DNA of 64,000 nt from Balanoglossus misakiensis. Taxonomy: Eukaryota; Animalia; Hemichordata. Below the pieces are notes generated by a model, which was not told where the DNA came from, did no database searches, and saw nothing but the letters and a program-made list of their open reading frames with translations. Below, piece after piece: positions 1 through 13,182 of this stretch. A program made the translations under genes and the position numbers. The DNA lies in contig CM082580.2 of the NCBI GenBank assembly GCA_040954595.2, positions 12,724,909 to 12,788,908 of the forward strand. The letters run 5' to 3'. Each line of letters starts with the position of its first letter. Position 1 is the stretch's first letter.

Positions 1-56
1 GATGTACTCTTTGCATGCCAATCATGGGAGGGAAGAAAAAATGTGGCCACACTTAC

Positions 57-2654
57 TCTTCAATGGAACTGTACTTGATAGCTCTCTCCCCTTCAGATGT
101 GGTGAACACTGCCCAGATTTGATTATTGTGAAAACTGAAGTCAATCAGGGTGTCCTGAATGATACAATGCACCAGAAATCAGAGTGAATTCATACATACA
201 CAACTAGCTTCAGTTGAAAATTAATCCAATCCAATGAAGATCAAAGATAATTTTTGAACACTTACATTTTTAGTGAAGACTGACGCTACTGAGAGCAATC
301 CATATTGTCCGTCTTGTAAAACAGGTTGTAAAATACAAAACTGCAAAAAATGAGTGGAGACATGCAGCTTTTTAGTTTTGAACGACTAATGCCAAATATC
401 TGTATCTTGTCGGCAAGGATTACGGTTACTCCCTAGATCAATCACACAGAACATTCATCCCCACATACCTCAGATCTATCCTGGAAACCGAGGTAGACTG
501 CCAATAGCATGGATGATGCATCACTCTCCAAGGATTTCTTTATCATGTGATTTCTGGCAGGTGCATTTTGCAGGATGTCACTGTTAGGAACACAGTCTAA
601 TACATCAAAGACCAGGACACACTCATAGTTCTACAATGAAAGATTGTAATACAGGAAATAAGACACAATTTTTGGTGGACTACATTTGGACTATTTCTGT
701 TCCATGAGAGAAGTTACAGTATTTACTAGCATGGGTTCTGAAAAGTCAGCAGTTTGTGGTTTCACTATCTCCTAATCTTGGTGGTGTCTGTTTTAAAGTG
801 GGTATAACTATATAGGTGATGCAATTCCATTTCATTAAGTTCCTCTGGAGATGCTTACCTTACAAGACCAAACCCTGGCCTTGTGGTCTCTGCATATGGT
901 GAACACCAACAGATCCTGTCCCAGTGGGTGGATGCACAAACTGAGTACTGCGTCTGATGCCTCTTGACCTCCTCTGCAATAAATGAATTGGAAAGTTTAA
1001 GAGCAAATCATCGACTGGTCTCTTTGTACACTTTCATGATTGACTGCTCTATTTACACATTACACCACCCTGAAATTTCCCAAATAATGCACTATTTGAT
1101 ACCAACCTGATCATTGATGGAACAAGACCAGTCCATAATCTCTGCATCATTGTGGCTTGCCTCAGTTCATGTTGTGTTGGAATACCTGGCAATAAGAATT
1201 ATAAACACACCCTTCAAATACAGATACACATAAATGTAAGTCAGTGTCAAAAACATTATAATGACAAGTGCTCTTGACTATGTCTGCATTGGCACCTTAA
1301 TTGTATGTGGTCTGTCAATTTTCAGGATGGCAAACAACACAGTGAGTGTAAGGCAATACACACATATAGAGATTTCATTACCTTGAATTCCAACAGGAGG
1401 CAACTTAACCAACAAAATACTGCCGACATTCGTCGCCAAAGCAAAGACAGCCTCCCCTTCATTTGTTACCCATGATGCACTGGTGTACGGTTCGTGCACT
1501 TGGCCACCTCCCTGGGACAGGAACTGTCTGTTGCTATGGTCCTGTATCATGGCAACTGACACATCAGCAAAAATGGAGGCCATGGTGACAGGCGTTGTCA
1601 AGGGAACCTGAGATGGGAAGGAAAATCTTAGAATAGTAGGAGCAATCTGAAAGCCACTTACATATACACATGCTTTATGAGCTTTATGTTGATTTTGCAT
1701 GTATCAAATTCACAATTTATACAAACATCCATGTAAAGTACAGACACTTACTGATCTCTGTAGTTTGTTTGGATGCGTGAATACCAGTCTGTGTACACTG
1801 GTCAGTGTTGATATCAATATGATTACATTGGTTCGGCTTTCGTGGATGTGAATACCAGGAAGCACCGGGGCATCTGGGAAGTGTAGTCGTACGGTGTTGC
1901 CCGACAGGTTGTGGTCCAGTGACAATTCGACCAGCTCAACCATGTCTTGGTTTGTGTGCCTAAAATAATCACAAAGACGGGTCAGGTATAAACAGTACTT
2001 GGCAGAATTATTGCACCAAAAGTTGAGTCTCAGGGCAGTGGTTAGGGGGGGGGGGGGGGCTTCATCAGGCCCTGCCCTTATCTTAGCAGTGGACACTCCA
2101 AGATCAATATGACTTACAGCATCACAAGTGCATTTCCTTACTTACCAGTAAATGAAACGATTACTGGAAGGGGTATTCATCTTTGAGCTGTCTTTGTAGC
2201 CATAGCCACCAGCGCTTTCTGTCACTTTGCTGTCTTTCAAGACACTCTGGGGTGCTTCTATAATTATAAATAATGGAATGATGAAAATGATACTAGAGAC
2301 TAGAGTACTGGTAGTACACTGTGCTAGTCTGCTACCCTTGTTTTAACTCTAACTATACCCTGGTGGACTGCGCAATACCGATCGTTGCCTGCAATAGTGT
2401 ATTGAACAGGAAGGAACATGACACATGTCGATTGCATACACAACACGATCACTGGATCAGCATGGAACACGCGACGCCAAATGAAGCCGCCTTACTTTCG
2501 CTTACTGCACAATTTACACATTTTAATGACGATCGGTGAGACTGGCAACCTTCTTGTATGTATTTCCGTTACCTGTGTTTACAGTGAGTTCTTTCCATCT
2601 CAGAATTTCAAGATTATTCAGCTGGACCTCAAAGTAGCTGCTGGGTTCCGCCAT
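57..2654 (-). CDS. NUP160: Nuclear pore complex protein Nup160, 5' exons (gene continues beyond the window's left edge)
   Basis: Exons with GT-AG ends and consistent phase: 2573-2654 (ATG, MAEPSSYFEV..), 2146-2257 (..AGGYGYKD..NRFIYW), 1752-1959 (VELVELSLDHNLSGNTVRLHF..SVHRLVFTHP), 1382-1607, 1107-1185, 859-973 (..FTICRDHKARVWS), 469-630, 266-340, 57-154. The NRFIxW, LELxExSLDxNL, SVHRLxxxHP and CxDHKxRxWS motifs are recognisable from the Nup160 N-terminal beta-propeller. Confidence 0.93.
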
Positions 2655-2825
2655 TTTGGATTATCCTCCCGCTACTGGTTGGTCGACTGAGGGCGCTAGT
2701 TGCGATTCGGATCCGAAGTGCAATCCCAATCGAAATCGATCCGTAGCGGTGGGACGTTTTACAACGTGTTGTGCTACAGCAGGGCAAAACAAAAAATAGA
2801 CTACAGCTGACAAGAATATCTTGCG
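2655..2825. promoter_or_regulatory. Compact bidirectional promoter between NUP160 and ZCCHC17
   Basis: Only 171 bp separate the divergent ATGs (2654 on -, 2826 on +). The interval is CpG-rich, and a YY1-type AAAATGGCGG overlaps the NUP160 start codon. Confidence 0.8.
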
Positions 2826-4834
2826 ATGTCAGGCAGAGAGAGACATAAGGAGCAGGGTAAAATGCCTGAGCTGTACAGTATTTTTCTTGGACAGGTAACG
2901 TTCTATATCACTACCCGTCTCTTTCTTGAGGGACTGTGCATGCATGTACCAATGGCTGTGTTTCCATAGCCAAAAATGGCAGTTAGTCCATACTCCCTCG
3001 AGCAAAGGGTATGGATACAGACCCGCAGCAAGTAATAATGATATGAAACAACTATTTTTTTAAATTTCAGATTGCATCAATACAGACCTATGGTGCTTTT
3101 GTGAAAATACCAGACTGTAGAAAGAATGGTAAGGGTACTAAACCTGTCACAGCAGAAGGTTGTAATGTTTCCATGTGCCAAAATGTGCTTTGGAATATTC
3201 AGTATTAATTCAATTCCTTCCAAAAAAAACTTTTGCAGGAATTGAAACATTAAAGACTAAACTTTCTCGTTTCTACCTTATTCACAGGCCTGGTACATAA
3301 AACGCAGATCTCCAACAGTCGAATCGAGGATGTCTCAGAAGTGTTGGCAGTTAATGACAGGGTTTATTGTAAAGTTATCTCGCTTGGGGTAAGACTTGTT
3401 GCATAAAAGTACATGGTAAACATATAGTCAAATGTAGGTTTTGTCTTTCCTCGTCATGAACTACATATCTGTAAACTGACAAAAAGTATACAGTATGCAT
3501 ATTTCAAGTACCTGACAACTTTGTTGATGTTGGAATTTTTACACTGAACATAAAAAAGACAAGTAAAAAAATGGTGCATTTTTTTTTACTTTTTCTTTCA
3601 ACAGGAAGGGGATGAGCAGAAGATATCTTTGTCAATGAAAGTTGTCAATCAAGACACAGGCCGAGATTTAGACCCAAACCAAGTACAGCTCATGTGAGTT
3701 ACTGTGACACAATTTTGGGGATGTAATAATCGCCTCCATTATTTTTTGGTTCCTGCAACTGTGTACATATTCTGGTACTGTGTTATATCTGATCTCTGTG
3801 GTTATCATTTTGTTTTCATCCATGCATATTTGGTTGCTCTCACCATGGTTACTTTGTATCGCTTGTTTCCAGGCAAGATGAGAAGAGAAGAAAACAAGGA
3901 AAAAGTTACATTCCTGACAAGATTGAACTTGGTGCGGTGTTCAATACAACATGCAAGAAGTGTGGATGCAAAGGTAATATCTGATACTATTGAACTTTCT
4001 AATTACTGGCTGTCCCTTTTAGAGGGCATGACCACACAGGTAAATCATTCCGAACAATCATGTTCTCAGTTCCTTTGAACTCACTGCACAGTTCATCAGA
4101 TGTCATACTGCCCTCACAGTCAAGGTCTAAACAGTCTTTCTGTTTCAATCTTGCGTTTCAAGGTCACTTGGCACAAGACTGTTTCAAGGCTCCAGATGGA
4201 AAAAGTTATGAACTTCTCCCCGAAGATGACAGCTTTCTCGCTGAGCTCACAAAGGGCACTGCACCAGAAAAAGAGAAACATAAAAAGAAACACAAGGTAC
4301 AGATATAGGTGATGTTCAGTACCCACATCGAAATTTGGTCATGTCAATACCTTAGATCATCTAGTTACACATAGCACACTGAAATGTGTTTACAATAAAA
4401 AATCAATGCATCAGCCAGTCCCATGTTGATGACAATAATTTTTGACTTGAATGTCTTGCCCAAGATTAATCTTGTCCGAGTTTTTTTAGGAGAAGAAACA
4501 AAAGAAGAGCAAGAAAAAGAAGAAACACAAACACAGACATGAGTCAAGTTCCAGTGAATCAGAAACTTTGTCACCGGAAAAACAGAAGGAACATGAGAAA
4601 AGGGACAAAAGGAAACATAAAAGGACAAGAGATGATCCAGAGTCCCGGAATGAAGAACACAGCAAGGAGAAAAAACAGAGGAGACATTTTGACGAGAGGA
4701 AATCTAGAGACTCAGAAAGAACTGACGAGAGACACAGACAGTATCACCATAGATACGAGGACAGATACAGAACTGATGAGAAATCTCGCAGATCCAGAGA
4801 TGGACATCATTCACACCATGATGATAAACACTGA
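2826..4834 (+). CDS. ZCCHC17: Nucleolar protein of 40 kDa / ZCCHC17 (S1 RNA-binding domain, CCHC zinc knuckle, Lys/Arg/His-rich tail), about 298 aa
   Basis: Seven exons: 2826-2894, 3071-3128 (IASIQTYGAFVKIPDC), 3288-3388 (GLVHKTQIS..), 3605-3693 (KISLSMKVVNQDTGRDLDPN), 3873-3973 (AVFNTTCKKCGCKG), 4163-4296 (HLAQDCF), 4490-4834 (TGA). Total 897 nt, in frame. Confidence 0.95.
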
Positions 4835-5267
4835 CATGAGAAGATTAGAAGATGATGCAAATGTGACAAGTCTTTGTACCATATAGTCACATAGTTTGCA
4901 TGTCATATGCAAATTCAATCGCTTACTTATAAGATTTCTGGTTCAGTTATACTAGTACATTTGTACTGGTATCCCCAGTGGACTAGATGGTTGTAGGGCC
5001 ATGAAGTGACGTGTAAAGCGCCATCAACGACAACATACATTTGCACTTTCATTTTTCCACCCTCACAAACATCAACAAGTGGGAGTAAAGTTAGAGCAGT
5101 TGGTAAAATTGGCAGGTGTGATGGAAGACCTGAAGTGTTCATTCCAGGCAAAACGGTTATAAGAAAATACACAAATAGGTCTGATATTCATAAAACTTTA
5201 TTCAAATAATTTCACTGTAACACAGCATACTGGTTGAATAATAGATTCATATATTAGAATACTGGTA

Positions 5268-7433
5268 TCATAAATCTGGTTCACTTTGACATAAACTTCT
5301 TGGTAACCAAGGAAACCATTTTTGTTCAAACTGACGCTGAGTTCTTTGTGCTAGGTCAGTGGGTATGTGATTGCCATCGCCCAAACTTTCCTCCTCTGAG
5401 TTACTGCCATACAGGACACACTTGGTCAGGTGTAAAATGCTCTGCAGAAGTTTATCCGGAAGGTGAATCTCCTTCAGTCTGTCAGACACCTGAAATTCAT
5501 CACATGATGTATAGTTAGTTTGGAGTCTGTCATGATCGAGATCTTACCCATAGGTAATTCTCGTGCACAAGATGGATGTATGGCTGTTTTGCTGGTACAC
5601 GATCATTTGATCAATGCAGACCTGAAAACGATCAACAGTTGTGCTTTTACATTATGGGAGATTTTTACTAGTTCATTTACCTCTTTGCTGAGCTGTTTAT
5701 GTTTTGTCTCTGAGAATGACACCACGGTATTCTGTATGTGAAACAGCAGCAACCTGTTGTAAGAAAAGCAGATTTACTATTGGAAATATCACAAAATCAA
5801 CGCCGTTTTGACCACAATATAGAATGTGTGACTTAAGTTATCCTTCTGATGACTTCCTTCGTCAAAAAATCGACAGAGTGGAATGAATCTTATCATTTCC
5901 TACCTGGTCATCAATAAACAACCAACACAACAGAGTCTATTATGTACAATCTCTTTCTCCAGTTCATTTGTCGAAATCCATTCTCTCAGTAATTCGGTAT
6001 CCAGGCATTCATCAAACTGTGTCTCCTTCATGTTAGCATCCCTTCTGTGGCAAACAGAGTCACTTTCGTCTGATTGTCTAATGTTACTTTTATCTTGGTG
6101 ATGTTCACAGCTGATCACCGGACATATCGCTGACCCTGCACGACCAGCTTCACTGTCTGACTTTCCTTCAGCACACTGGTGTTGACCAGAGCGGCACAAT
6201 TCACCTCTCTGCTCAACTGCTTCTATTTGCTGTCCTGTGTCTGCCTTCTCCTTGCTGTCTCTGTGTGCACAACCACATTTGCCGGTTGAAGCACTCTGAC
6301 TTTGGGCGTGGTATGTGCGTGCTAGCTTCATCCACAACACCGAATTGCTGGGTTGTATGGTGATCAGTTGCTGTAGTGCATTCTGCTCCTCTGGTTAAAA
6401 AAGACAGCCAAAATGACAAAGTGTTACAATTCAAATGACAACAGAATCCCAGTCTTGCATATTTTTCTGAAGTTATTTTGTTCACAGATGTAGATGGATT
6501 TTGCTGCAAGATCAAGTTCATGTTCTGAGATAGGACGCAATATAATAATGTATACAAATCTTGCCTTGTGTTTTGCCAGCTGAATGGTACACTGCCACCA
6601 GGAGGTTGTAAGCTGATGTTTTCTGCTCCAGATAATGGGAGTCTTCAAACTGTTGGCATAAGTCAGAATAGTTCACATAAGCTATGCAAGTTTTATTTCA
6701 GTCACCCCCCCCCCCCCACCCAGTGTGGGTCAAACAAAAACATAGCATATGATAGGAATCACTTGCTCGAGTCAATTGCTTTGACAAACCATGAATCAAA
6801 GACTGACCAGCATCTGAGACAATCACACCCAAGCTTTTCAGGGTTTCCCATTCTGTAGACTGTGTGTCTAGTCATTAATCCCAGTCCTGAAATCATATCA
6901 ATCATGATGTATTACCAGCTGTTCTGCCATTGCCTGTGCTTCAGTGTGCCTTGAGCAATTCATGTGACACCTGGCGATGGACTCTTGCAGTAGCCTCTTC
7001 AGTGCCAGATTGCTGGGTGAGATCTGTGACCTGGCCAACTCATAGTAGTACAGGGCTTCTTCAAAGTCTGCCTTGTAATAGAGCGAGTCTCCCTGATAAA
7101 TGTGATGCTGTATTTGGTCCGCTGTGTCTTGATACTCAATGTCATTTTCGAACCACTGTAAACGAGATAAATCAAAGTCATGTCTTCAGTCTCAGAGGTC
7201 TAAGAGGTAGGGATCATGATGAAGCCTCCTTCTGTAAGAGTATGTTGATGAAAGCTTTCGCCTGTCAATATTGTCATGTCATGCAGAGGTATGGGAATAT
7301 TTACCATCGGCTCGCAAATCTTGGCTTGGTACTCTCTTTTAACGCTAGCTGATCTTGATGTTGTCGCTTTTGACTCGCCAAACAAATCCTCGTCGAACTC
7401 TGCCCCGAATTCCATGTTGTTTTCAGCGGTCAT
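5268..7433 (-). CDS. C8orf76: C8orf76-like TPR-repeat protein
   Basis: Exons 7305-7433 (MEFGAEFDEDLF..YQAKICEPM), 6916-7155 (WFE..QGDSLYYKADFEEAL..LQESIARC), 6565-6649, 5904-6390 (ALQQLITIQPSNSVLWMKLARTY), 5681-5753 (RLLL..SF), 5268-5489 (..FEQKWF..TGA). Motif order matches human C8orf76 as recalled (FGGEF..YCAKLCEPQWF..GDLAY..ARC..LQKLISLHP..WxKLA..RLLL..FEDKWF). Confidence 0.85.
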
Positions 7434-8621
7434 GCTTCTTAGAGACTTATGACCTATGACCCCTGATGCGCTGCGCCACCATGCGACGGATGCGTGAATG
7501 CATAGGCCTATAGGACAACTTTTTAAAACTTCTCTACATTTGCACACACCATTTGTCACGAGTTCTGTTTTGTATATGCAATCGATTCTGTAGACCAGGC
7601 AAGACTATGGAAGAAGTGGGTCCTAGAGCTTATTTCGTTTACTTTGCTTTGTTTCGTCTCGTAAAAAACACTGCATAGGCAGCATCGCCTTCAGCAAACT
7701 GGCTCCGCTGTGGCCGCACTGTTTGGCCACGTACTGAGTATACAAGACACGACACACTTTTATGCGACAAAATAAACTATTTTTAATAAATCTAAAACCA
7801 CACCAGGACCAACAGAAAAGGCCAGGTTACTAATGAAAAGTACAGCGACATCAATATCCTCGTAAAACGTTCCTCCCAAACACTCCCTGCACGTGAACAA
7901 CGTCACTATGTCATTGCTATACTTAAAACCAGTGTCCTTCCCTTCCCGTTGTGTTCAACAAATTGCATCGGGACATTTCGATACAATAAATGAATCAATG
8001 TGGTGGGTGTTCTACGATTAGAGAAGGCAGCATTAGCTAAAATACTCATCGTGACGCTTGCTACCACAATTCAAACTCCGTTAAGACATGTACATACTTT
8101 TTCAGCCACGGTTTAATATTTCAATTATGGAAAATCGCTCCAAATTGTTTGTCTAGGTTTTTTCTGTCCATTTATCGAGTTCCGAGTCCTTGTAACCGCG
8201 GTGTTGCAAAATGATCGAATTTTACCAGCTGTACTGTCGTGTCCTGTTGTCCACCATATTTGCCCCCAGACCATGGGATGGTGTACGCCCAACAAAGACA
8301 ATCATATACCATTTCGCGAACTGGAAGGGCTCACACTCATGTAGCTTTCAGTTCTGGAGTTGTTTGGACTCGGCTCGAAACGATTTTGACTCATTGTGTT
8401 GTTATTCTGTACAAACACACCCTAGAAATCTCATCCTCCATGAAAAGCATAGCTCGAATGGCAATATACATGTACGCAGTTGCAGAATCGATCTCTTGCA
8501 AGTTATGAATGCAGTGTCAGTCAAGCTTACGGCTGTCTTCTCATGGGGCTGGCCAAGAAACTCTATTGGGTTGTCTTCAGCTAATTACGCACACAATTAT
8601 ATGGTACCCATCTCCCACTTA

Positions 8622-10582
8622 TTAATACTTCCGCAGAGAGAATAGTGCCTTCAGGAGACGACGTTCATCTGTAAAACGAATTTAAAAAACGTAAGGGTGG
8701 CGGTTCGTGGAATCAACATTTCTATTTGTTTTTCACGTGCAACATAATATCAACATTGCCATTGTGGTGAGGCATTTACAAGTACGCCCCCGTTAAACGC
8801 ACAGCATAAAAATTACCATGAGCGTTTTTAACAGTCAGAACACAACAACTTTCATATCAATCCCGTGTAAAACTAGGGTACAATCATCTCGTAAATTATT
8901 CTGTGTTGTAAGAAATGAGCGTTTCCCCTGACACATAAATGAACATATACTCACATTCAGGTAGTGGCATTTCACTGTCTTCAGATGGTCTCTCTGGTTC
9001 CAGATCAGATGGAAGATCACTACCCTCTGGTGGTGGAGGAGGGAGGTGCCCCTCATCTTCACTCTCACCGCATTCTTTATCGCCTCTGCCGTTGCCTGGT
9101 TTATCATCTTTGTCATCGCCATGTCTGTTGCCTCTGAATCTTCTCTCTTGACGTGGTGGGGGCATGTCACTGTCTTCTGGTCCCAGATCAGATGGAAGAT
9201 CACTACCCTCTGGTGGTGGTGGAGGGAGGTGCCCCTCATCTTCACCCTCACCACAGTCTTTATCGCCTCTGCCGTTGCCTGGTTTATCATCTTTGTCATC
9301 GCCATGTCTGTTGCCTCTGAATCTTCTCTCTTGACGTGGTGGGGGCATGTCACTGTCTTCTGGTCCCAGATCAGATGGAAGATCACTACCCTCTGGTGGT
9401 GGTGGAGGGAGGTGCCCCTCATCTTCACCCTCACCACAGTCTTTATCGCCTCTGCCGTTGCCTGGTTTATCATCTTTGTCATCGCCATGTCTGTTGCCTC
9501 TGAATCTTCTCTCTTGACGTGGTGGGGGCATGTCACTGTCTTCTGGTCCCAGATCAGATGGAAGATCACTACCCTCTGGTGGTGGTGGAGGGAGGTGCCC
9601 CTCATCTTCACCCTCACCACAGTCTTTATCGCCTCTGCCGTTGCCTGGTTTATCATCTTTGTCATCGCCATGTCTGTTGCCTCTGAATCTTCTCTCTTGA
9701 CGTGGTGGGGGCATGTCACTGTCTTCTGGTCCCAGATCAGATGGAAGATCACTACCCTCTGGTGGTGGTGGAGGGAGGTGCCCCTCATCTTCACCCTCAC
9801 CACAGTCTTTATCGCCTCTGCCGTTGCCTGGTTTATCATCTTTGTCATCGCCATGTCTGTTGCCTCTGAATCTTCTCTCTTGACGTGGTGGGGGCATGTC
9901 ACTGTCTTCAGCTGGTCTCTCTGGTTCCAGATCAGATGGAACATCACTACCCTCTGGTGGTGGAGGAGGGAGGCGTCCCTCATCTTCACTCTCACCGCAG
10001 TCTTTATCGCCTCTTCCTTTGCCTTGTTCATCGTCGTCGTGTCCTGGTCTTTTCATTTTCATGATGTCCATAGCCTCACGTAGTACTGTAAGCGAATACA
10101 GACACGCGTGACTTTCACCATAGTAATTGACAGTATACCGGCCAAATATGCAAAATGTGGTTTATCACATGAATATTATATTGAGTCACCTGCATGTGTT
10201 GTGATTTTATTACCCTGGTTTATTTGCTAGTCGAAACCTTGGTGTATACATGTTTTGCATATAATACACTTGAGAGTGACTCACTCAATTTTAAAAACTG
10301 TCTTATGGAGCGCGTTACCTGATCGTCTCTACGGATGGGCGTGTCCGTTGATACCACTCAGACTGGAAAGAAAATTTCACGACTCTGCGTTAATGTCGAA
10401 ATGCATATTGAAGAAGCAAGGAACTCACCATTCTCTTCGTGCAGGAGTTCGTTGATTTCAAGTTGTAGCTCCTTTTGGGGCGGTGGTGCATCTGAATTGG
10501 GTGGTGGTGGGGGTTCCTTTCTGGGAGGAGGCCGAGCCAGTGCTAGGCCCACAACCACGCACAGGAAAAGGATTCTCATCAT
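8622..10582 (-). CDS. Unrecognised secreted acidic/Pro-rich repeat protein A with six RGD motifs (about 443 aa)
   Basis: Exon 10429-10582 encodes signal peptide MMRILFLCVVVGLALA followed by RPPPRKEPPPPP. Exon 8955-10085 is the repeat exon. Exon 8622-8668 encodes (Y)ERRLLKALFSLRKY*. Both introns are phase 1 with GTGAGT donors and TTACAG acceptors; total 1332 nt in frame. Confidence 0.85.
8976..10020 (-). repeat. Coding tandem repeat with a 183-bp (61-aa) unit; five near-identical units plus a diverged partial unit
   Basis: Period of 183 bp is directly visible (ATCGCCTCT at 9079, 9262, 9445, 9628, 9811; sixth copy at 10006). Unit: EDSDMPPPRQERRFRGNRHGDDKDDKPGNGRGDKDCGEGEDEGHLPPPPPEGSDLPSDLGP. 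Confidence 0.97.
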
Positions 10583-11155
10583 ATTGGCGGCGCTCACAAG
10601 CTTCGAGGGACAACAGACGCTGAAATTATGAGACAAGGAATGAAAATGACTGAGGATGATTATAGTTCACCATTTTCAATAGCAGTAAAAGTTTGTTTCA
10701 TTTTTTGTTTCACAACTGATTTATTTTACTACAAGCATTTCTTGCGAACGCATTACAAACAAGTGGCTGTAGAGGTTGCTTGGTACACGATATTTGTGTA
10801 CCTTGAAAGCAAATAGACATTACACCAGAGCTTATTTATTCGATTGGTTCGATTTCCGAATCATACAGACCTATATGAAATATCAGAGAAAAAGCTTGAT
10901 CGAATAGACTTCTTCGTGTTATTGCTATCATTTTAATTCTTAAGTAAGAATTACCCCGCCTTATAGAGATTTATAAAAACTCAGTAAACATGAATTCCTT
11001 CTCAGCTGGACAATAATAGTCGGGTTTTGCGATATACCCGGTATTCTCCCTGTTGAGTATTAGAGAGAACGGGTTTTCAAGTGATAACAGCGCAAAAGGA
11101 AAACGAATGCAGAAGTAACCAAGAACGAAAAGTAAAGAGCGAATGAAATACTTAC

Positions 11156-11220
11156 CAAGGTGTCTCCGTCAGTCGCGGGTAGAGAGTGCTGCTATCTGAG
11201 CAAGCACGGTTCTTATAAAA
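11156..11220 (-). promoter_or_regulatory. TATA box and short non-coding first exon of repeat gene A
   Basis: Minus-strand TATAAG at about 11212-11217, then a strong TG|GTAAGT donor at 11156 about 55 nt downstream; acceptor TTTCAG at 10620 upstream of the ATG. Confidence 0.6.
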
Positions 11221-12682
11221 TCTGCCTGATTACAATCACAATACCAGTTCATCTTTGCACTTTCAATAATGTCACAACTGGTTCTATATCGGTAACTGGT
11301 ACGGCTTTTGTTTGTTCGTCATAGGGAGTTCTCTTCCAGGGCCCTTTTGACATTTCACTGTGTAAATAATCCACTTGACTGAATGTCGTGTTGTTGAGAC
11401 GTAGATTTCGAAGATCGTTATATCATTGGTATTTTGGCAAAGTACAAGCAGTTTGGGTTTCACCAAATCTCTCGTTTCATTTGCAATTTTAACGTGATAT
11501 TTACTCAATTTGCACGATTTTATCACAAATACAAAAGCGCGACGGTGATTGGTTATAATGGCTATAATCATGTACGTCACGTGATCGTGGGGAGCAACTT
11601 TTTGCGCATCTCTTATGCATGCGATCGCCATGGCTGCGCCACTTGTAAATAAATCACATGAGGCTACTCCATGGCATTGCCTTTTCGTCTCAGGAGAAAA
11701 TTTGTCGTCAATTCTTCGTCATGCTTCTTGTTGATTTCGTCAGTGATGCCAATAGTACTGACAACGCGAATAATATGCGTATTCTCCATGTTAACCTTCC
11801 TGAAATAAGATTGGTATCATTTTTGATTTATTACAGCAAATAGTATAAAGCAAATAGTACATTGATCGATAAAATTCTTGCATTCTGCATGACTTAACAC
11901 GTGCGGTAACTTCGATAGGCAGAAAGTTTACCCCAAAAATCATTTCCCGTGTCGTCGATGTGGAGATCATTTCAGTTCCATTTCAGATACGTCTCGACAG
12001 AATCTTATTCAGTACGTTTCGGTGATTCACATGGTTTTTAGCAGTCCCCCATAGGCCACCTTTGATAATTTGTATAGCAATTCAAAGGCTTCGGCTTTAG
12101 ACAGTGTTTAATTTGCTTGAGACCTAGTCGTGTTGCGTAATAACGCAAACACGCTGAATGCTGTTTTCCATTTGAAGTGTGTTGCGAATGTCTCTTTTTG
12201 CATACCCGCCACTGTCACAAGTCCCTTCAGACAATGATGTTTGAAGTTCAATACATTGTGGTTACGCAACAAAGTCATATCCGATCTGTCCCTTTTGTGG
12301 GTGTCATCTTCTATCGAGTGTTCACTGAACGCAGAAAATAATGAGAAGCAATTAGCAAATGGAAACAGGCATGGCACTGAGAAACTTCCCGTGAGCTAAA
12401 CTCTACACGATGACCATCCCACTTCACTGTTATATACGGGGATTTTTCCCTGAAAACATTCATAACGGAGACCAAAATTAAACCATTATTGATTTTTATT
12501 GACAAAATATTTGTCTTTATTTAAGAGAGGTAAAGATAAGGAAAGCCAACAAGACGGATTAATCTGAAATGATAACGGTACACGTATGTCTTCATCGACA
12601 GAAAGTGCAAAAGAAATTATACAGTCTTCACGGCTTCTTCACACGACACCATAGCTGCGTGCCAGCTCTACTCTTTTAGGGC

Positions 12683-13099
12683 CTATCCCGATCCCGAATA
12701 CCATGATCCTCCTTTTGTTGCCAGACGACTTTGCAATCGTTTTTCCATCAGGTACTTCAAAATTGCACGAGCTGAAAGAAGACAAAGGGATACTGTTAGA
12801 TTGCTGTCATTTTCTGATGTCGTCAGCAACCCACCGACCCTAAACTTTTTAGAGATTCGTAAACCCGGAAGTAAAGATAACGATGTCAAATATGCACAAT
12901 TTATGAAAATTGCGCGAGTCACGCGAGAACCATGACGAAATCGCGCGCATCACGCAAGAACAATGACGTCATTCTTCTACACTACGGCGGCCAGAGAAAT
13001 AAAAAAATCGCGACAGCACATATACTTTTTTGGCCTTATTTTTAGAAGGTATAATTACCATCAGCAGGTGGCCTTTCATGTTCGGCAGGTGCTGGTCGC

Positions 13100-13182
<83 letters not shown>

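Noticed and set aside
9046-10083. 345-aa plus-strand hydrophobic ORF (WWWW, multi-TM-looking) and the 398-aa alternative minus frame 8835..10031
   Set aside because: Shadow frames: a 183-bp unit without stops in those frames is simply repeated. Only the 8896..10071 frame splices in phase to a signal-peptide exon.
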